Of a stretch of 64,000 nucleotides of DNA, positions 36,260 to 48,951 are shown piece after piece. A program made the position numbers and the translations under genes. Source of the DNA: Lytechinus pictus (taxonomy: Eukaryota); contig NC_087251.1 in the NCBI RefSeq assembly GCF_037042905.1, positions 7,874,001 to 7,938,000 on the forward strand. The letters are read 5' to 3'. Positions within the stretch are counted from its first letter, which is position 1, and every line of letters begins with the position of its first letter. The notes beneath the pieces are model-generated. The model was not told the DNA's origin, ran no database searches, and saw only the letters and a list, made by a program, of their open reading frames with translations.

Positions 36260-37841
36260 TTACTGGGTTTAAAGTGTAGTTTTTGCTCCAGACCGGGTGA
36301 TTAAACAAATTCAAAACTATTTAAGCCCCGCCATCTTCCACTACTAAGACTAAAATAAAGAACGTGTATATAACGTATTTTCAATTCTCCAGACCCGTTT
36401 ATCTAAACAAATATTTTTAAGACCCCACAGTCTCATTCCTGTGAAAAAGATGGATATAAAGCGTTGTCTTTTCTCCAGACCTTTGATTAAAAAACCTTCA
36501 GAATTAAGACCCAAGACTAAGACTCCGTTATAAAGCAAGGGTACATATCGTAGTCTTTACTCCAGACCCGTTTAAAAAAATTATGTTATAATCTTCAAAA
36601 ATAATACCCTGTAAGAAAGCATGGATATAAGAGCACAGTCTTTACCCCAGACGCTGTTATTAAAAAAATTAGGAGATCTTCAATTTGACAACCCCATCGT
36701 CTCATATCTGTGGGAAAAAATGGATATAGAGTGTAGTCTTTACTCCAAACCTGGTGATTAAAAAAAAACTTAAATAGTAAGACCCCATCATCTTCCAAAC
36801 TAATAGTCTATATATAACAAAGCATGGGTACCTATAGCATAGCCTTTACTCCATATCCATTTATTAAAAAAACTACACTGTACACCCACTGTATAATTAC
36901 GCTGTATACCCATGTGCTACATTACAGGTTCTTAGTATTGAAAATGACGGGATTGACGTTTCGAAGATTCTTGATTTTTTTATTTCAAATGACTGGGTCT
37001 GGAGAAAATAATAACTCTATATCCATATGCTTGATGACATGGCAATGGTTTAGAAGATGGTGAGGTTTAAATTGTAAAGTTTATTTCTCTTTTTAACCAC
37101 CGGGTTTTGAGTAAAGACTACGCTTAGCTAGTCCAGGTATAGCGTTAATCCTGTTGTTTGGAAGAATATATGGCCAAGACTGAGTATTAAAAAGTAGACT
37201 AATAACCTTCATCTTGTAGAGTAAGGTCGCATTGGGTCTGGAAAAGGAGACTACCAGCATGGGTCGGCAGAGCAAAATTGATAGGGGAGGGGAGGGCACA
37301 GCGAAAAAGGGCACTTCCTCTTTTGAAAAGGGCACTTGAAACAAAAAACTTTTTTAAAAACAAAATAGCATAATGTACCCTAGTAGGGTAATGAGCAAAA
37401 TGATTGAGTGGGGCAAACATGGCGTGTGGGGCAAAATTTCTTTAAAGCTGCGAGCGAGCGAGCAAAATTTTGAAACTTTTAATGAAAAAAAAAAACATTT
37501 GTGATAGATTTTGACATAGAGAACACTATCATATTTCACCACTTTTCTTTCCTTTTCTTCTTTTCTTTTTCTTGGTATTGAAAACTTTTGGAGTCCATGG
37601 AACGAGGTCCATTTCTTAAGGGGGCAAGTGCGCCCCCCCCCCTCTCCCTCTGCTCAGATGCCCCTGCATAAAAGAAAGGACGCTAATTGCAAATACATAT
37701 ACCTTATATTAGCAAATTGGACATTTGAACAAACCAGAAGAGAAGGGGCATTTATCAGAATATTCATATGGGGCACTTGATCAAAGGTGAAAATGTACAC
37801 ACTACAGAAGAAGAATTTCACTCTGAAAAGGGGCAACTTAA

Positions 37842-38605
37842 CCCTATCTAGGTCGGGGTATTTTTGGAATTCATATGGCCGGGGGAGGGGGGCCTCCCAG
37901 GCCCCCCCCCCCCCCCCCTTGAGATCTCGGCCGTCGACCGCGCGATCGCACCGAAAATTGGCACGCATGTTGTCTGGGATATAATCTACAAAATTGTATA
38001 GTAATTTATTTCATGCAAATCGTTATTACGTAATTATGCTAATTTATGCGTAATTAGTATGCAAAATCATACTTTTTCCTCTAACTCCGTAAATAAAGCT
38101 CCAAATGTTCTAATTTATGGCATAGAAACCCTTTGTGATGTTCTTAGCAAGTGTACATGAAAAAATTGTGATAACAGATCAATTTCCTATGTATGATATT
38201 GTTTTTTTGCAATTTCTTATATGTATTTCTTTGTTTTTTTGACCTTTTGTTTTTCATTGTTTTTTCAATGAAATTCGTTGGGGACTCTTCTAAGATCATA
38301 AACAGCATAAAATACATACATTTAGGCGTGCAAAACTAAAAATAATCATTTATGATTTTTGGTTGAAAACACAATTAACATTGACTTTGAGCAATTTTTG
38401 GTCTGAGATGCACTTACGTAACATTGCGTAACTTCGGGACCGCGTACCCCGGGTGACGCAAAATTGGTCTCAAAAGGTGCGGAAGACTTGAAAGTAAAAA
38501 GTCAGCGAGCAGCGCGGTCAAAAAATTTTGCGCGACGAAAATATCGCGCGACTCATTGAGGGGGAGGGGGGCCTCCGAGGCCCCCCCCCCCCGGCCTAGA
38601 TAGGG
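37842..38605. mobile_element. piggyBac-like MITE
   Basis: TTAA TSD on both sides; TIR CCCTATCTAGG(T/C)CGGGG. Confidence 0.9.
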
Positions 38606-40231
38606 TTAAAGGGGCGAGAGGAACATTTTAAAAGGATTTTTATTATTTAAATATGCACTTTTAGAAGGGATAAGAACGCGAAATAAGGAAAACGGACAAT
38701 GACAGGGCATGAAAAGAACGGTTTTAAGGAATGGAAACTTATCTGATACGAGAATGGGCACTTATATTTATAAAAAGGTAAAGGGGCACACTTTAACACA
38801 TAAAACAGGTCCTTCTAAGATGAAAGAGGCAAAGTTCTTGGGTTAAAAGGGAAAACTGTTTAGTACTTCAAAAAGTGGGGCACTGTGAACCCCCTGCCCC
38901 CCCCCCCCGGATCGCAGCCCCTGCATTCATATCATATGGAACATTCGTTGTAAAATCGAGGTGTATGAATTGCAACCTAAAAATATTTCATTTAGAGAGT
39001 AAAGTGCATCGCATTTGTGGGTATATAGTTCAAAATTAATGCCTCTTGTTGGTAAAGTGTGCTAGTATGACATGATTGTGTGGGAAATACTTTCATATAC
39101 GTTAGTGGGTACAGTGTTTTTACACATGTGGCTGATATTACACAAGCTGGCGTCACTTTGGGTGTGTTAAAAGAGATAGGAAACAATGTCTTGTTTGAAT
39201 GTTCATAGATTCATAAAAAATTAATATCAAATGGCATAGTAATCAAGACATTTTGGGTTTATAATTAAATTTTAAAGAAATTCGACAACTTCTGATGAAA
39301 TCTGGAAATGAAATCAACAGATCAAGTTCAATGTGTGTATCAGTGGAAATCATGCCTGCCTCTCCCAGCCCCTTTAATACTTGCCCCATGCAGTGTTCGA
39401 AACAGTACTAAATGTCCCTTTAAGGTGACACGACATATACTCCTGCGAAAATTGCGACAATTAATATCTCAGAAGGCATAGGATTAGTGTTAGGATTGTG
39501 ATAGAGTTTTTGGTTCAGAATATTGTCATGATTACGATTAGGGTGTATTTAGTTTTGGAGGTTAGCTTTTATGTTTCGCTTAATGTTTAGAATTTCCATC
39601 GGAGCAATTGTCGCCAGAGCAAATGTCCACTAAGCCTGGTGCCCCCCCCCCCCCCACTGCCTCTCTGAAAAGCGTTTCATTGCCGATGACACTAGCTGTA
39701 GCTTCTCCCTTATGCAGGCATGTTTCTCATTTTAACAGTAATGTTATGAAACATTTCATGAGAAATATCCTTAATATGGATAAAAACAGTAATTTGCACA
39801 TATCCCGGAGGTTTGCACTTTTCCCGTGGAAATTGTTCATTTGCACATATCCCGTCGTCACGTTTGAACAGATGCCGTTGATAAATTATGACAGATTTGC
39901 ACATTTCCCGGCGTGGCGTTTGCACAAATTCCGTTGTTTGCACAAATCCCGGCGAAATTGTGCACATATACCGTTGTTTGCACATATCCCGGCGTTTGCA
40001 CATCTCACGGCTCCACATGGGTATTGCTTTATGACATCCGTCAAGTCGTGTGTCGTGATCAGCAGAGCGCATGCGAACTGGTTGAAGACACCCTCACCCA
40101 AGACTCTCAACACCAAGATTCAGCCAGCTTGTCAATGTAGAGTTCCCTTGTACAAACAGAATAGCCATATCCGAAGGGAAATTATCGCACCATCGCGGAA
40201 AGATTCCAAACCCGACCTTATAATATTCCGC

Positions 40232-40563
40232 TTTTATTTAGCGCTTTATACATCGGAAGGACGTCTCAAATCGCTTTGTACACAATTACCCCGTTCGTCG
40301 GATCCTCGTATGCCCGCACAAAATTGTATGCATTTCTTCACTCCCTGAGCTGAGAGCATTCAGACAAGAGTTCCAAGACTCAATGGTTATAGGCATATAC
40401 TACATAGGCTACACACCTATCCTATATATACTGGGTACCAATTTAACACCTGGCTTGGGAGTGAAGTGCGGGTAGACGCTTTGCCAAAGGACGCTAGGCT
40501 GCAGTGGGTTTCGAACACACGACCCTCTGAATACAATGCAAGAGTCAGAACCGCTACATCACG
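40232..40563 (-). mobile_element. Degenerate tRNA-derived SINE
   Basis: Minus-strand head gtgatgtagcggttctgac...gtgttcgaaaccc, central caggtgttaaattggtacc and 3' ...aaagcgctaataaaa. Confidence 0.5.
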
Positions 40564-41397
40564 AAAGGTGCGTAACCACCATCAAATTCTACAAAGCATT
40601 CCATGGCCCCAATTATCTTGAGACAATAGTGACTCTATTATGCTTGTGCATGGGCCCATATATTTCTTTGTCGTAGTTGATGCTGGATACGCTAGCGCAA
40701 GAAGGCCTCAGAACACATAAATGTAGTTGAAAAACAGTCCTTATAGTTGGTATGGGACGCTCCAAAATCTCCATTCACCATTCTCAAGCGTCGAACCTCT
40801 TTGCTGACTACGCCATAAGCTCTTCAGTTTTTTTTTAAGAAATGCTACATGAGGGACCTTAAATGTCATGGTAAAGCAGGTGTAAAAAAAATCAATGTGC
40901 AAGAATTGGTCAGATTATTGATTTGGGCGATGGACACGAAAGCATCTCCTCTGCTTCTGCAAGAAAGCTACTGCGCTACGATCTCTTGATTTTGTGCCAT
41001 ATTCAGACAAAATACCGAATACAGATATATGACATTATATAATAATCACAGGTTTAGTAAATGCCGTAGAAATAAAATCGTAGATTTTAAAAGGAGCATA
41101 GCTCTCAAAAATGAAAGGTAAAGTCACACTCTTCGTCAGTGCCCATGATGTGACGAAAAAAGAGAATTCAAAATCCGTTTCTGAAACAGTCGTGAAAAAC
41201 ACGTCTGTTCATGAGCATACGGATTGTGAAACTCACCTTTCAAAGAAATCAATGCGCTGAAGATGGAGGAAGCGCACTGTAAAAGACGCATCTAAAGACG
41301 CGCGTTACCATGACTGCAAGATGACAATGGCGAATCTCCGGCTCCAAATCAGGAAAATCTGAAAAGGGCCTCACCGCCAACAGTCGAAATACATATA

Positions 41398-43182
41398 CAG
41401 TGCGTCCCAAAAAAAACTATACACTTTTGAAATGGCTGCCAAATAAAAAATATAGCATTATGGGAATTTTTTTTTACATTTATGGAAAGCCAATAAAGTC
41501 AACTTTCAAATGACACCAAAAAATTGGAAAACTGTTTATGCTTGAGCGAGCACTGCCAACTGAAACAAAGGGTATGAAAATTAGGGTGGGCTGGAATTAG
41601 CCTTCCAATTTATGTCAGTTTTTAAGAGGCAAATCCTTTCGAACTTGCAAAGTTAAGGGTGTTGTGATAAATTAATGATCAACCGTAACCAGTTTTGGTT
41701 GCTTATGCAAATTCTATAAATTATTAAATTGAACTTTAATGCATGAGTGAACACAAATTACACTTTTGGGGCAGCATTTCAACTTTATCATTTGGATCTC
41801 TTTTTGGGCAGCATTTCAACTTTATCATGTGGATCTCAGCAGTGTGTTCATGGGAGTCGGGAGAATAGGGGGTGAGATAGGACTTAAGTGGGAGAAGTAT
41901 TGATGGAATTAGGGTCAACAGAACATTCAGCCCCCGCCCCCTCCCTCTTTCCCGCCCTCCCCTCCTGTTGAGAGACTGATGGCTATTGTCATGCAAGCGT
42001 GAAGTCCAGAGCGGAATGTTGATTTAATGATTAATTCTGAATTGGGGCATCAACTTTTTCCTATCAATCATTTCATCAACAATTTATCAGTAAATCAACT
42101 CATTCAATGTGCAATGTGATCAATCATACATTCAGTTTTTTTTCAATGAATTATTTCATTAATCATCATAATCATTAAATTTCTTGGTAATAATTCAATA
42201 AACAAGTGACCATCAGCCACCGGTCACTTGGCAGCTAAGTTTTGAATAGGCTACAATCCAGGAAGTGAGACAGAGAGGGGGGCTGGGAAATGGAGGTGGA
42301 GTGGGGAGGGTACACAATTATGACTTTCAATTTGTAAAAGGACAAAAAGAAGAGGAATGCCCTTTTAACCAAGTCTTAGCATATCTCGCCCTCTTGCTTG
42401 TAACAGGTACCATCACATTACTCTGACTCTCACGAACACACTTCTGAGGTCCACAAGACGAATATGCTACACTAAAATTACAATTCCTGTTCACTCATGC
42501 ATTAAATTTCAATTTAGTAACTCATGAAATTTGCCTAAGAAACCAAAACTTATCTCACTCATTAATTTAGCTTAGCAAGTTCCAAAGGACTAATCACTCA
42601 AAAAAACTGTAAGGCTAATTCCTGCCCAGCCTAGCCGAGCTTAGTGTCTGAGGAGGAAAGAAGCGGGGCTGGGGGGTTGAGATGGAGGGAGGGGTTGCTA
42701 AATGTTCTGTTGACCTCTATCCCATCAACGTACTTCACCTACCTAAGTCATATTACCCCCTCTTCTCCTGACTTTCATAAACACATTGTTGAGATCCACA
42801 TGATAAAGACAAAATGCTGCACTAAAAATTGCAATTCACGATCACTCATGCATTAAATTTCAATGTAATAAACGCATTAAATTTTCACAAACAACAAACT
42901 ATCACAACTGATCTTTAATTCACCAAAGAACCCTCAACTTTGCAAGTACCAAACAAAAAACCTGAAAGAAATTGGAAGGCTAATTCCGGCCCACCCTAAT
43001 TTTCATACCCTTTGTTTCAGTGGGCAGTGCTCGCTCAAGCATGAATAGTTTTCCAACTTTTTGGTGTCACTTGAAAGTTGACTTTATGGGCTTTCCATAT
43101 CTATAAGTCATTTCCCCCAAAGTGCTATATTTTTTATTTGGCAGCCATTTCAAAAGTGTATAGTTTTTTTTGGGACGCACTG
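41398..43182. mobile_element. Non-autonomous Tc1/mariner-like element with long TIRs
   Basis: TA|CAGTGCGTCCC...GGGACGCACTG|TA; ~210-bp near-perfect TIRs with further degenerate inverted and duplicated subterminal blocks; no transposase ORF. Confidence 0.9.
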
Positions 43183-43935
43183 TATATGACATTATATATA
43201 TGTATATAGTATAGCTGGTCCCGGTATGGTACTGGATGAGATTAGATGGGTCCATCATGTGTTAACAATGTTTCACATATCCCAGTCTCTATAAGAACAT
43301 TACGTTACAATGTGTGTCACGGGAAATTGTAGACATAGAGAGCAAATGTAAACTGTTCGTGGGCATGTCTTTTCAATGTTGATTTTGTTTATATTACGAA
43401 TTTTATTGGTATCAAGTCATCTTGTTGTTTAAACTTTTATTTGCAATGAATATTAAACAACAGTACTAAGCAATTTAATTTGCACAATTTTTTTATTCCG
43501 ACCAACAATTTCAATGGCTGGTAATATGCACAAGTAATACATTAAAGACGTTTCATATTTATTACACATGAACATAATACATCTATCATGTCTATATCAG
43601 TAAGCATCAGAAAAAATTGAAAACACTAACAGCATCAGGAGAATATTGCGAAGTTTTCATTTGCTAACATAATTGCGGACTTTACATTGTATTAGCTTTA
43701 CTCGAAAATTGGGGGGAAAAAGATGAGCATAGATTGTTCCATGATATTATTAATTGAATTACATGACTGATTGCCTATGTATTCATGTCTGAAAATGCGA
43801 ACTTCGTTTTATACATATTATCATGTCACAATAACACCAAACTCCTGTGGCCACTTTATTTGATTTTTTTTTTTATACCTCTCGCTTTGTTGTGGCGCAA
43901 TTTCTCAAATATGTCTGAAATAATACTAACAGCAA

Positions 43936-44762
43936 CAGGGGCGGCGGACCGAAGCTGAAAGTGGGGGGGGGGCACAAGGAAAAAATGGCACTATCTTAAA
44001 ACAAAGGGAAAAAAAGACTCATCTACAGTGGCGTAATGGGGCCAAAATTTTGAGGGGGGGGGGGCTAGATATGTCACATCACATACAATTAATAAGAAGT
44101 TGCGAGCGAGCGAAAATTTTAACACTTTTATAATGAAAATCCAGTTTTGTGATAGATTAGGATTACTCTTACAATTTTTCCTTCATAAGAAGTAACATAT
44201 AAAAATGGAAATATTCTTTTCTGGTTTCAAAGGGGCATTCGTGAACACATAAAACGGGTCCTTCTCAGGTGAAAGGGGCACAGAACATGTCTGTGAGGAG
44301 TACCTTTCTTAGGTAGAAAAGGGTCACTGATACAAGAAAAGGCACCTATCAGAAGGCAAAGGGGCACTTGCTAACGGCATTAAACGGGTCCTCAGGTGAC
44401 AGGGGCACAGAACACGTTTGTGAGGGGCACTATTCTTGAGTAAAAAGGGGCAATGATTCGGGAAAGGTCACTTACTAGAAGGCAAGGGGGCACTTGCTCA
44501 CACATAAAACGTGTCCTCAGGTGAAAAAGGCAGTGAACACGTTCGTGAGGGGGCATTTTTTAATGTAAAAGTTGACACTTATACGAGAAAGGGCACTTGG
44601 TAACACTTAAAACGGGTCCTCCTTAGGTGAAACTTTGTGAAAGGGGCACATTATACGTTCGTGAGGAGGCTTTTTTCTTGCATTAAAACGGGCACTTTTT
44701 ATGGCTTCAAAAAGTGGGAGGCACTGTGTCCCCGCCCCCGCCCCCAGGATCGCCGCCCCCTG
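43936..44762. mobile_element. hAT-like MITE
   Basis: Termini CAGGGGCGGCG/CGCCGCCCCCTG, perfect 8-bp TSD AACAGCAA and internal ggggcac-rich repeats. Confidence 0.85.
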
Positions 44763-44827
44763 AACAGCAACCTCACTTATTGTAGCCTTAAAGATGCATG
44801 AGGTAATGTGTTCATCAGAATAATTCT

Positions 44828-47351
44828 TTATTGGCTCAAGGCAAAGGCAAACCCTAAAGGAAGTATCAGAGAAAGAATTATGCTGGTTGTCATAGCATCA
44901 GTACCAGAGTCGGTTGTTAGCAGGTCTACAGGCTGTGAAGTCACAATCATCGGAGGTAATGTCGTAGTGCTACCAAAATCAAAGACACCCATAACAGCGT
45001 AGTGGTCTGCTAGATCTGTAACCGTCATGTTGAGGAGACACCTCTCAGAGTTGGCATAAGTTGGTACTACTGCTAATGATAACATGCAGACATCAAACGG
45101 TTCTTGAGATCTGGGTCGAACCACTTCTAAGGTAGAGCTGCTTGGTTGAAGGTGAGATTTACTAAATACGGCATAGTCGATCCAAGATGTGCCGTTTGAA
45201 ACAAGGAGATCGTTTTCAGGTCCATCATAAGTGTAAATTCGATCTCCGATAAAGTTTGGAATGGCTGCATCAAGGGCTTGCATAACATTATTACCATGTC
45301 GCGTTCCATTTCGGGCATTCAGATCCCCTGCGTAGATGACTGGCTCATCATCGGGAATATTCTGTTTCATCATCAATTCATGCATTTCCTCTGCCTGCGA
45401 GACACGGACGATATCTGCTGTAGGACGCGATGTTGCTTGTAAATGTGTTCCCAGAATGTGGTAAGTCATGCTAGTACCGTCAACAGTTTTCTCAACTTTA
45501 GCATAAACAGCACCTTTTCCAGATATTGCGTCAGCCGTTGCCATGACTGAATCGGTGTAGATACAGTTATCTTCCTTGATGATAGGCCAACGAGAGGCTA
45601 TAAATACACCACCATTTTCTAGTTTGGGTATCCGTGGTGGATCACCAACAGTATTAGTGTAGTAGATGAAGCCATATTGAGTCAGAATATCTCGAAATGT
45701 GAGTATGCTGGCTCCAATGGTAGAATTGAACTCAGAGAAACATCCTCCCATGAATGCCTCGTTGAAGACAATCACATCAACATCGGGATGCATTTGAACA
45801 ACCTCACGAGGGATGCGACAAGTACGTTCCCGTTGACCATTCTGGTAGTAGAGGTATCTTAGCTCCCAGACGTTGTATGCTATGACACGGAATGTTGAGA
45901 CTGGGGTAGGAGGAGCGAGAGGGATGGGTGGTGGAGAAGCGCATAGGACTTTTGTTCCATCTGTACATGGTTCAAACTCTCCACCGTTTGGATCCTCACA
46001 GATGAAGTCTAGACCGAACAGGCCACAAGACGTCTCATCTGCTTTGCATTTGTTGATATCTTCCTCATCACCTATCCAAGTAAAAGAAAATAAAGAAAAT
46101 ATAATTCTTATTAGAGTGATACCTCAGTGCTTCAAGTAAAAAGGGGTTTTTAAAAACGAAGCCGAGTAACTTCTTTAATCCAAGGGTACAACTTCTGTGA
46201 TCTAATATGCGCAAAAACATATTTATCTGCACAAAAATAATATATCCCATACCAATTCTGATTTCTCCCCCTGGATTTGATACCATGACATTATCGTGCT
46301 TTCATTTTAGAATCACCCTCAGATTCATAATTATGTTATGAAAAGTACATCATATGCATAGCATTTAGAAATGTATGCGTCTACTGTCCGTCATATACGA
46401 AAGCACTATAATTTGTTCAATTTGTATATTTACCATTCAAATCGTTTTATGGAATATTATACGGGTACTGATTTTGTTAATACTTACCCAACCACACAGT
46501 TGGTGTTCCCTCATCTACGTCACACGACCCTGAAAGTAAACAGTGGTATCAATTTGGTTAATTATTTATCCAAATGAATTATATATATATATATATATAC
46601 ACACATATATATATATATATATATGAATATATATATATAGAGAGATAGAGAGAGAGGGGGGGAGTCGATGTACTAATCTAGGCTTGAGGTAGGTATCCTA
46701 CATAAATAGTAACATAATTACCATTCACCTGTATTTTTAATTATTCTGTTGCAATTGGCGTAGAAATAATACTGTAAAAGGAGGACATAATTATGTTATG
46801 AATAAACATAATCTAGTTTATTTATTGAGAATTTTCACTGAACTATTATGGTTTAAGCACAACCTTTGGGCGTTGAGGCATGTCACTGTTTTCTAGAATG
46901 TGAAAGTCCGTTTTCTACATTAACTTCTGACTGACAAGCCTTTGTAAAACCCAGATTACAAAACACGCACACACACCCAACACACACCTCCCTGTCACTT
47001 ATAATCACACACGCAGACACATCAATCTCGTCACGCCCACCCATGCACCCTTACACACCCCACACTATCATTCTCCTTTGATCTTCTGTTCCACAGCTAA
47101 AGTGGTAATTTTCACTTTATTGTCATAGTACCAATGCTGATGTAAGTACCCACCGTTATTATTATGATTTTATGGTACACAATCCTATAACAATTTACTA
47201 CAACACCTAGTCCCCAGCCGCTGAGGAAATAGTAGAATCATCTCTTTATAATTAAACCATGCGATTAAAACATTAGATTTTTGTTCTCACCTTTGGCCTG
47301 AATGACAAAAAACAATGCCGTTGCTGTGAAACAGAGCGCTGATAGATGCAT
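44828..47351 (-). CDS. Sphingomyelinase C-like paralog 2; complement(join(44828..46071,46488..46529,47291..47351)), 448 aa, predicted GPI-anchored
   Basis: Signal exon MHLSALCFTATALFFVIQAK; micro-exon SCDVDEGTPTVWL; phase-1 GT-AG junctions. Motifs FNEAF, ENGGVFIASRWPI, DAISGKG, GTHLQA, AGDLN, IDYA and ADHY. Confidence 0.9.
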
Positions 47352-48951
47352 CTTAAATATCTGATGACATAAGCGAATAACTAAATCAATTCCAAGCCAG
47401 ACTTCAAGAGAAGATATTGACAACAGAATCAAAATTGTTATAGTTTGAATTAACTTGGTAAAATAAAAAAAATATATGTATTACACTAGTAACGATTGTT
47501 GTGACATGCTGCTAAATAGAAGATATCGGAGTAAAGTTCAGTAATGTAGGCATATATATGATGCAAATAATAGGCATGATAGATAGTCTTCTAATTTTGT
47601 TTGATTGGTTAGTCAAATAATGCTTCCTTATCAAAAGAAGGTTCATTTACACCTTTTGCAATGTAGTGAATTTGTATAACCAGACAACAAAAAATGCCAA
47701 GGTCTCTAAAAAATAAAAGATGTTCTTGAAAGTGGGTTTTATTTTGATCACCCCTCTCATCTCCGCCCCTCAAAAAAGTTCATAGATTCACTGTGTGATT
47801 AATGAGTAATACTTAAACCACCAGAACAAGAACAACCTCATTTCATAATGGCCTCTGTGATTATTAAGAGGTAAATGGCATTAATTAGCTTAATCTTCAT
47901 GAAATAATATTGACAAGATAGGAAATTTGGCTGATATCTGATTAAATGATCACAAACTTTACGAACCTTTTTAAATTTGTTGAGTTCCTCCTCAAAATTT
48001 ATTGACGGAAGACAGAGATTACAAATTGGTATGAAATCTTACCAGGATTTCACAAAGCTGTTCGTAGTGTATGGACCTGTTACTAAGCTATAAGAAAAAT
48101 CTTTATGAAATTATTTAACGCACAATCCGTAACAAATTGTGATTAGTAACAACCTTGCATTTACAATATTTCAATCTACAAAGATGAAAATATAGAAGAT
48201 TAAAAATCTTATTTAGTATTAGGTCGTGCGTAAATTGTAAAAAGATTTGTGAACACGACTCTGTTTGACTTGTAGCATGAGATAACACTGTGTGTCTAAA
48301 ATTAAGTGTCAAGATAAAAACTAATTGCAATCTCCAAACCTACAGAACACAAAAGTTTAACAAACTTTTGTGATTTTATCCTTGTAGTATATTGCTGATT
48401 GTGACAAATTTATATCTTTATATACCTTATGAAATCACTCAATAAATAATGAATGTTGTTAATTCATGTTGTTTTTATTTACAAAGAAATAATTACTTAT
48501 ACAATAATCCACGAATTAAGAGGTACATGTGCGAATAAATTATTGCATAAATTCCACTAGCATACATGTAGCACTATACAGAAACATACGCTCAGAAACA
48601 TTTTACTACATTGATATATATGCTCAGATATGCTCAGGAACATTTCATCAAATGAATGGTTGCACTTCTTTTCAAGTGAATGCTAGACGTTGCAAAATAA
48701 AAATGGAAACTAATCTGTAAAAAATATTTCTTTAAGAATGATTAATTTAGGTTTTATCGTACAATGATATTGATAGAAACATGTGTTATCAAATCCTTAT
48801 AGTTGTATTTATGGTTAAACACAGTAATGTAGTTGATTCATACCAATTCATGTGAAATGTCCGCTGACGTGGCTGATTCATGATTATGTTTAGGCCTACT
48901 ATTCTTTGAATAAGCCTACCAAATGTTACTGTCAGTCAGGATATCCATGTA

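Larger units (their letters stand above)
35415..40015. repeat. ~380-bp inverted repeats (35415-35790, 39637-40015) built of ~20-bp gggatatgtgcaaac subrepeats; possible TIRs of a composite element
   Basis: Reverse-complement match from tggagccgtga to ggggcacca; no TSD identified. Confidence 0.75.

Noticed and set aside
39608-40348. 246-aa ORF
   Set aside because: It has a non-ATG start and crosses the iteron-rich inverted repeat into a SINE tail; the mirror copy at 35373-35657 does not preserve it.
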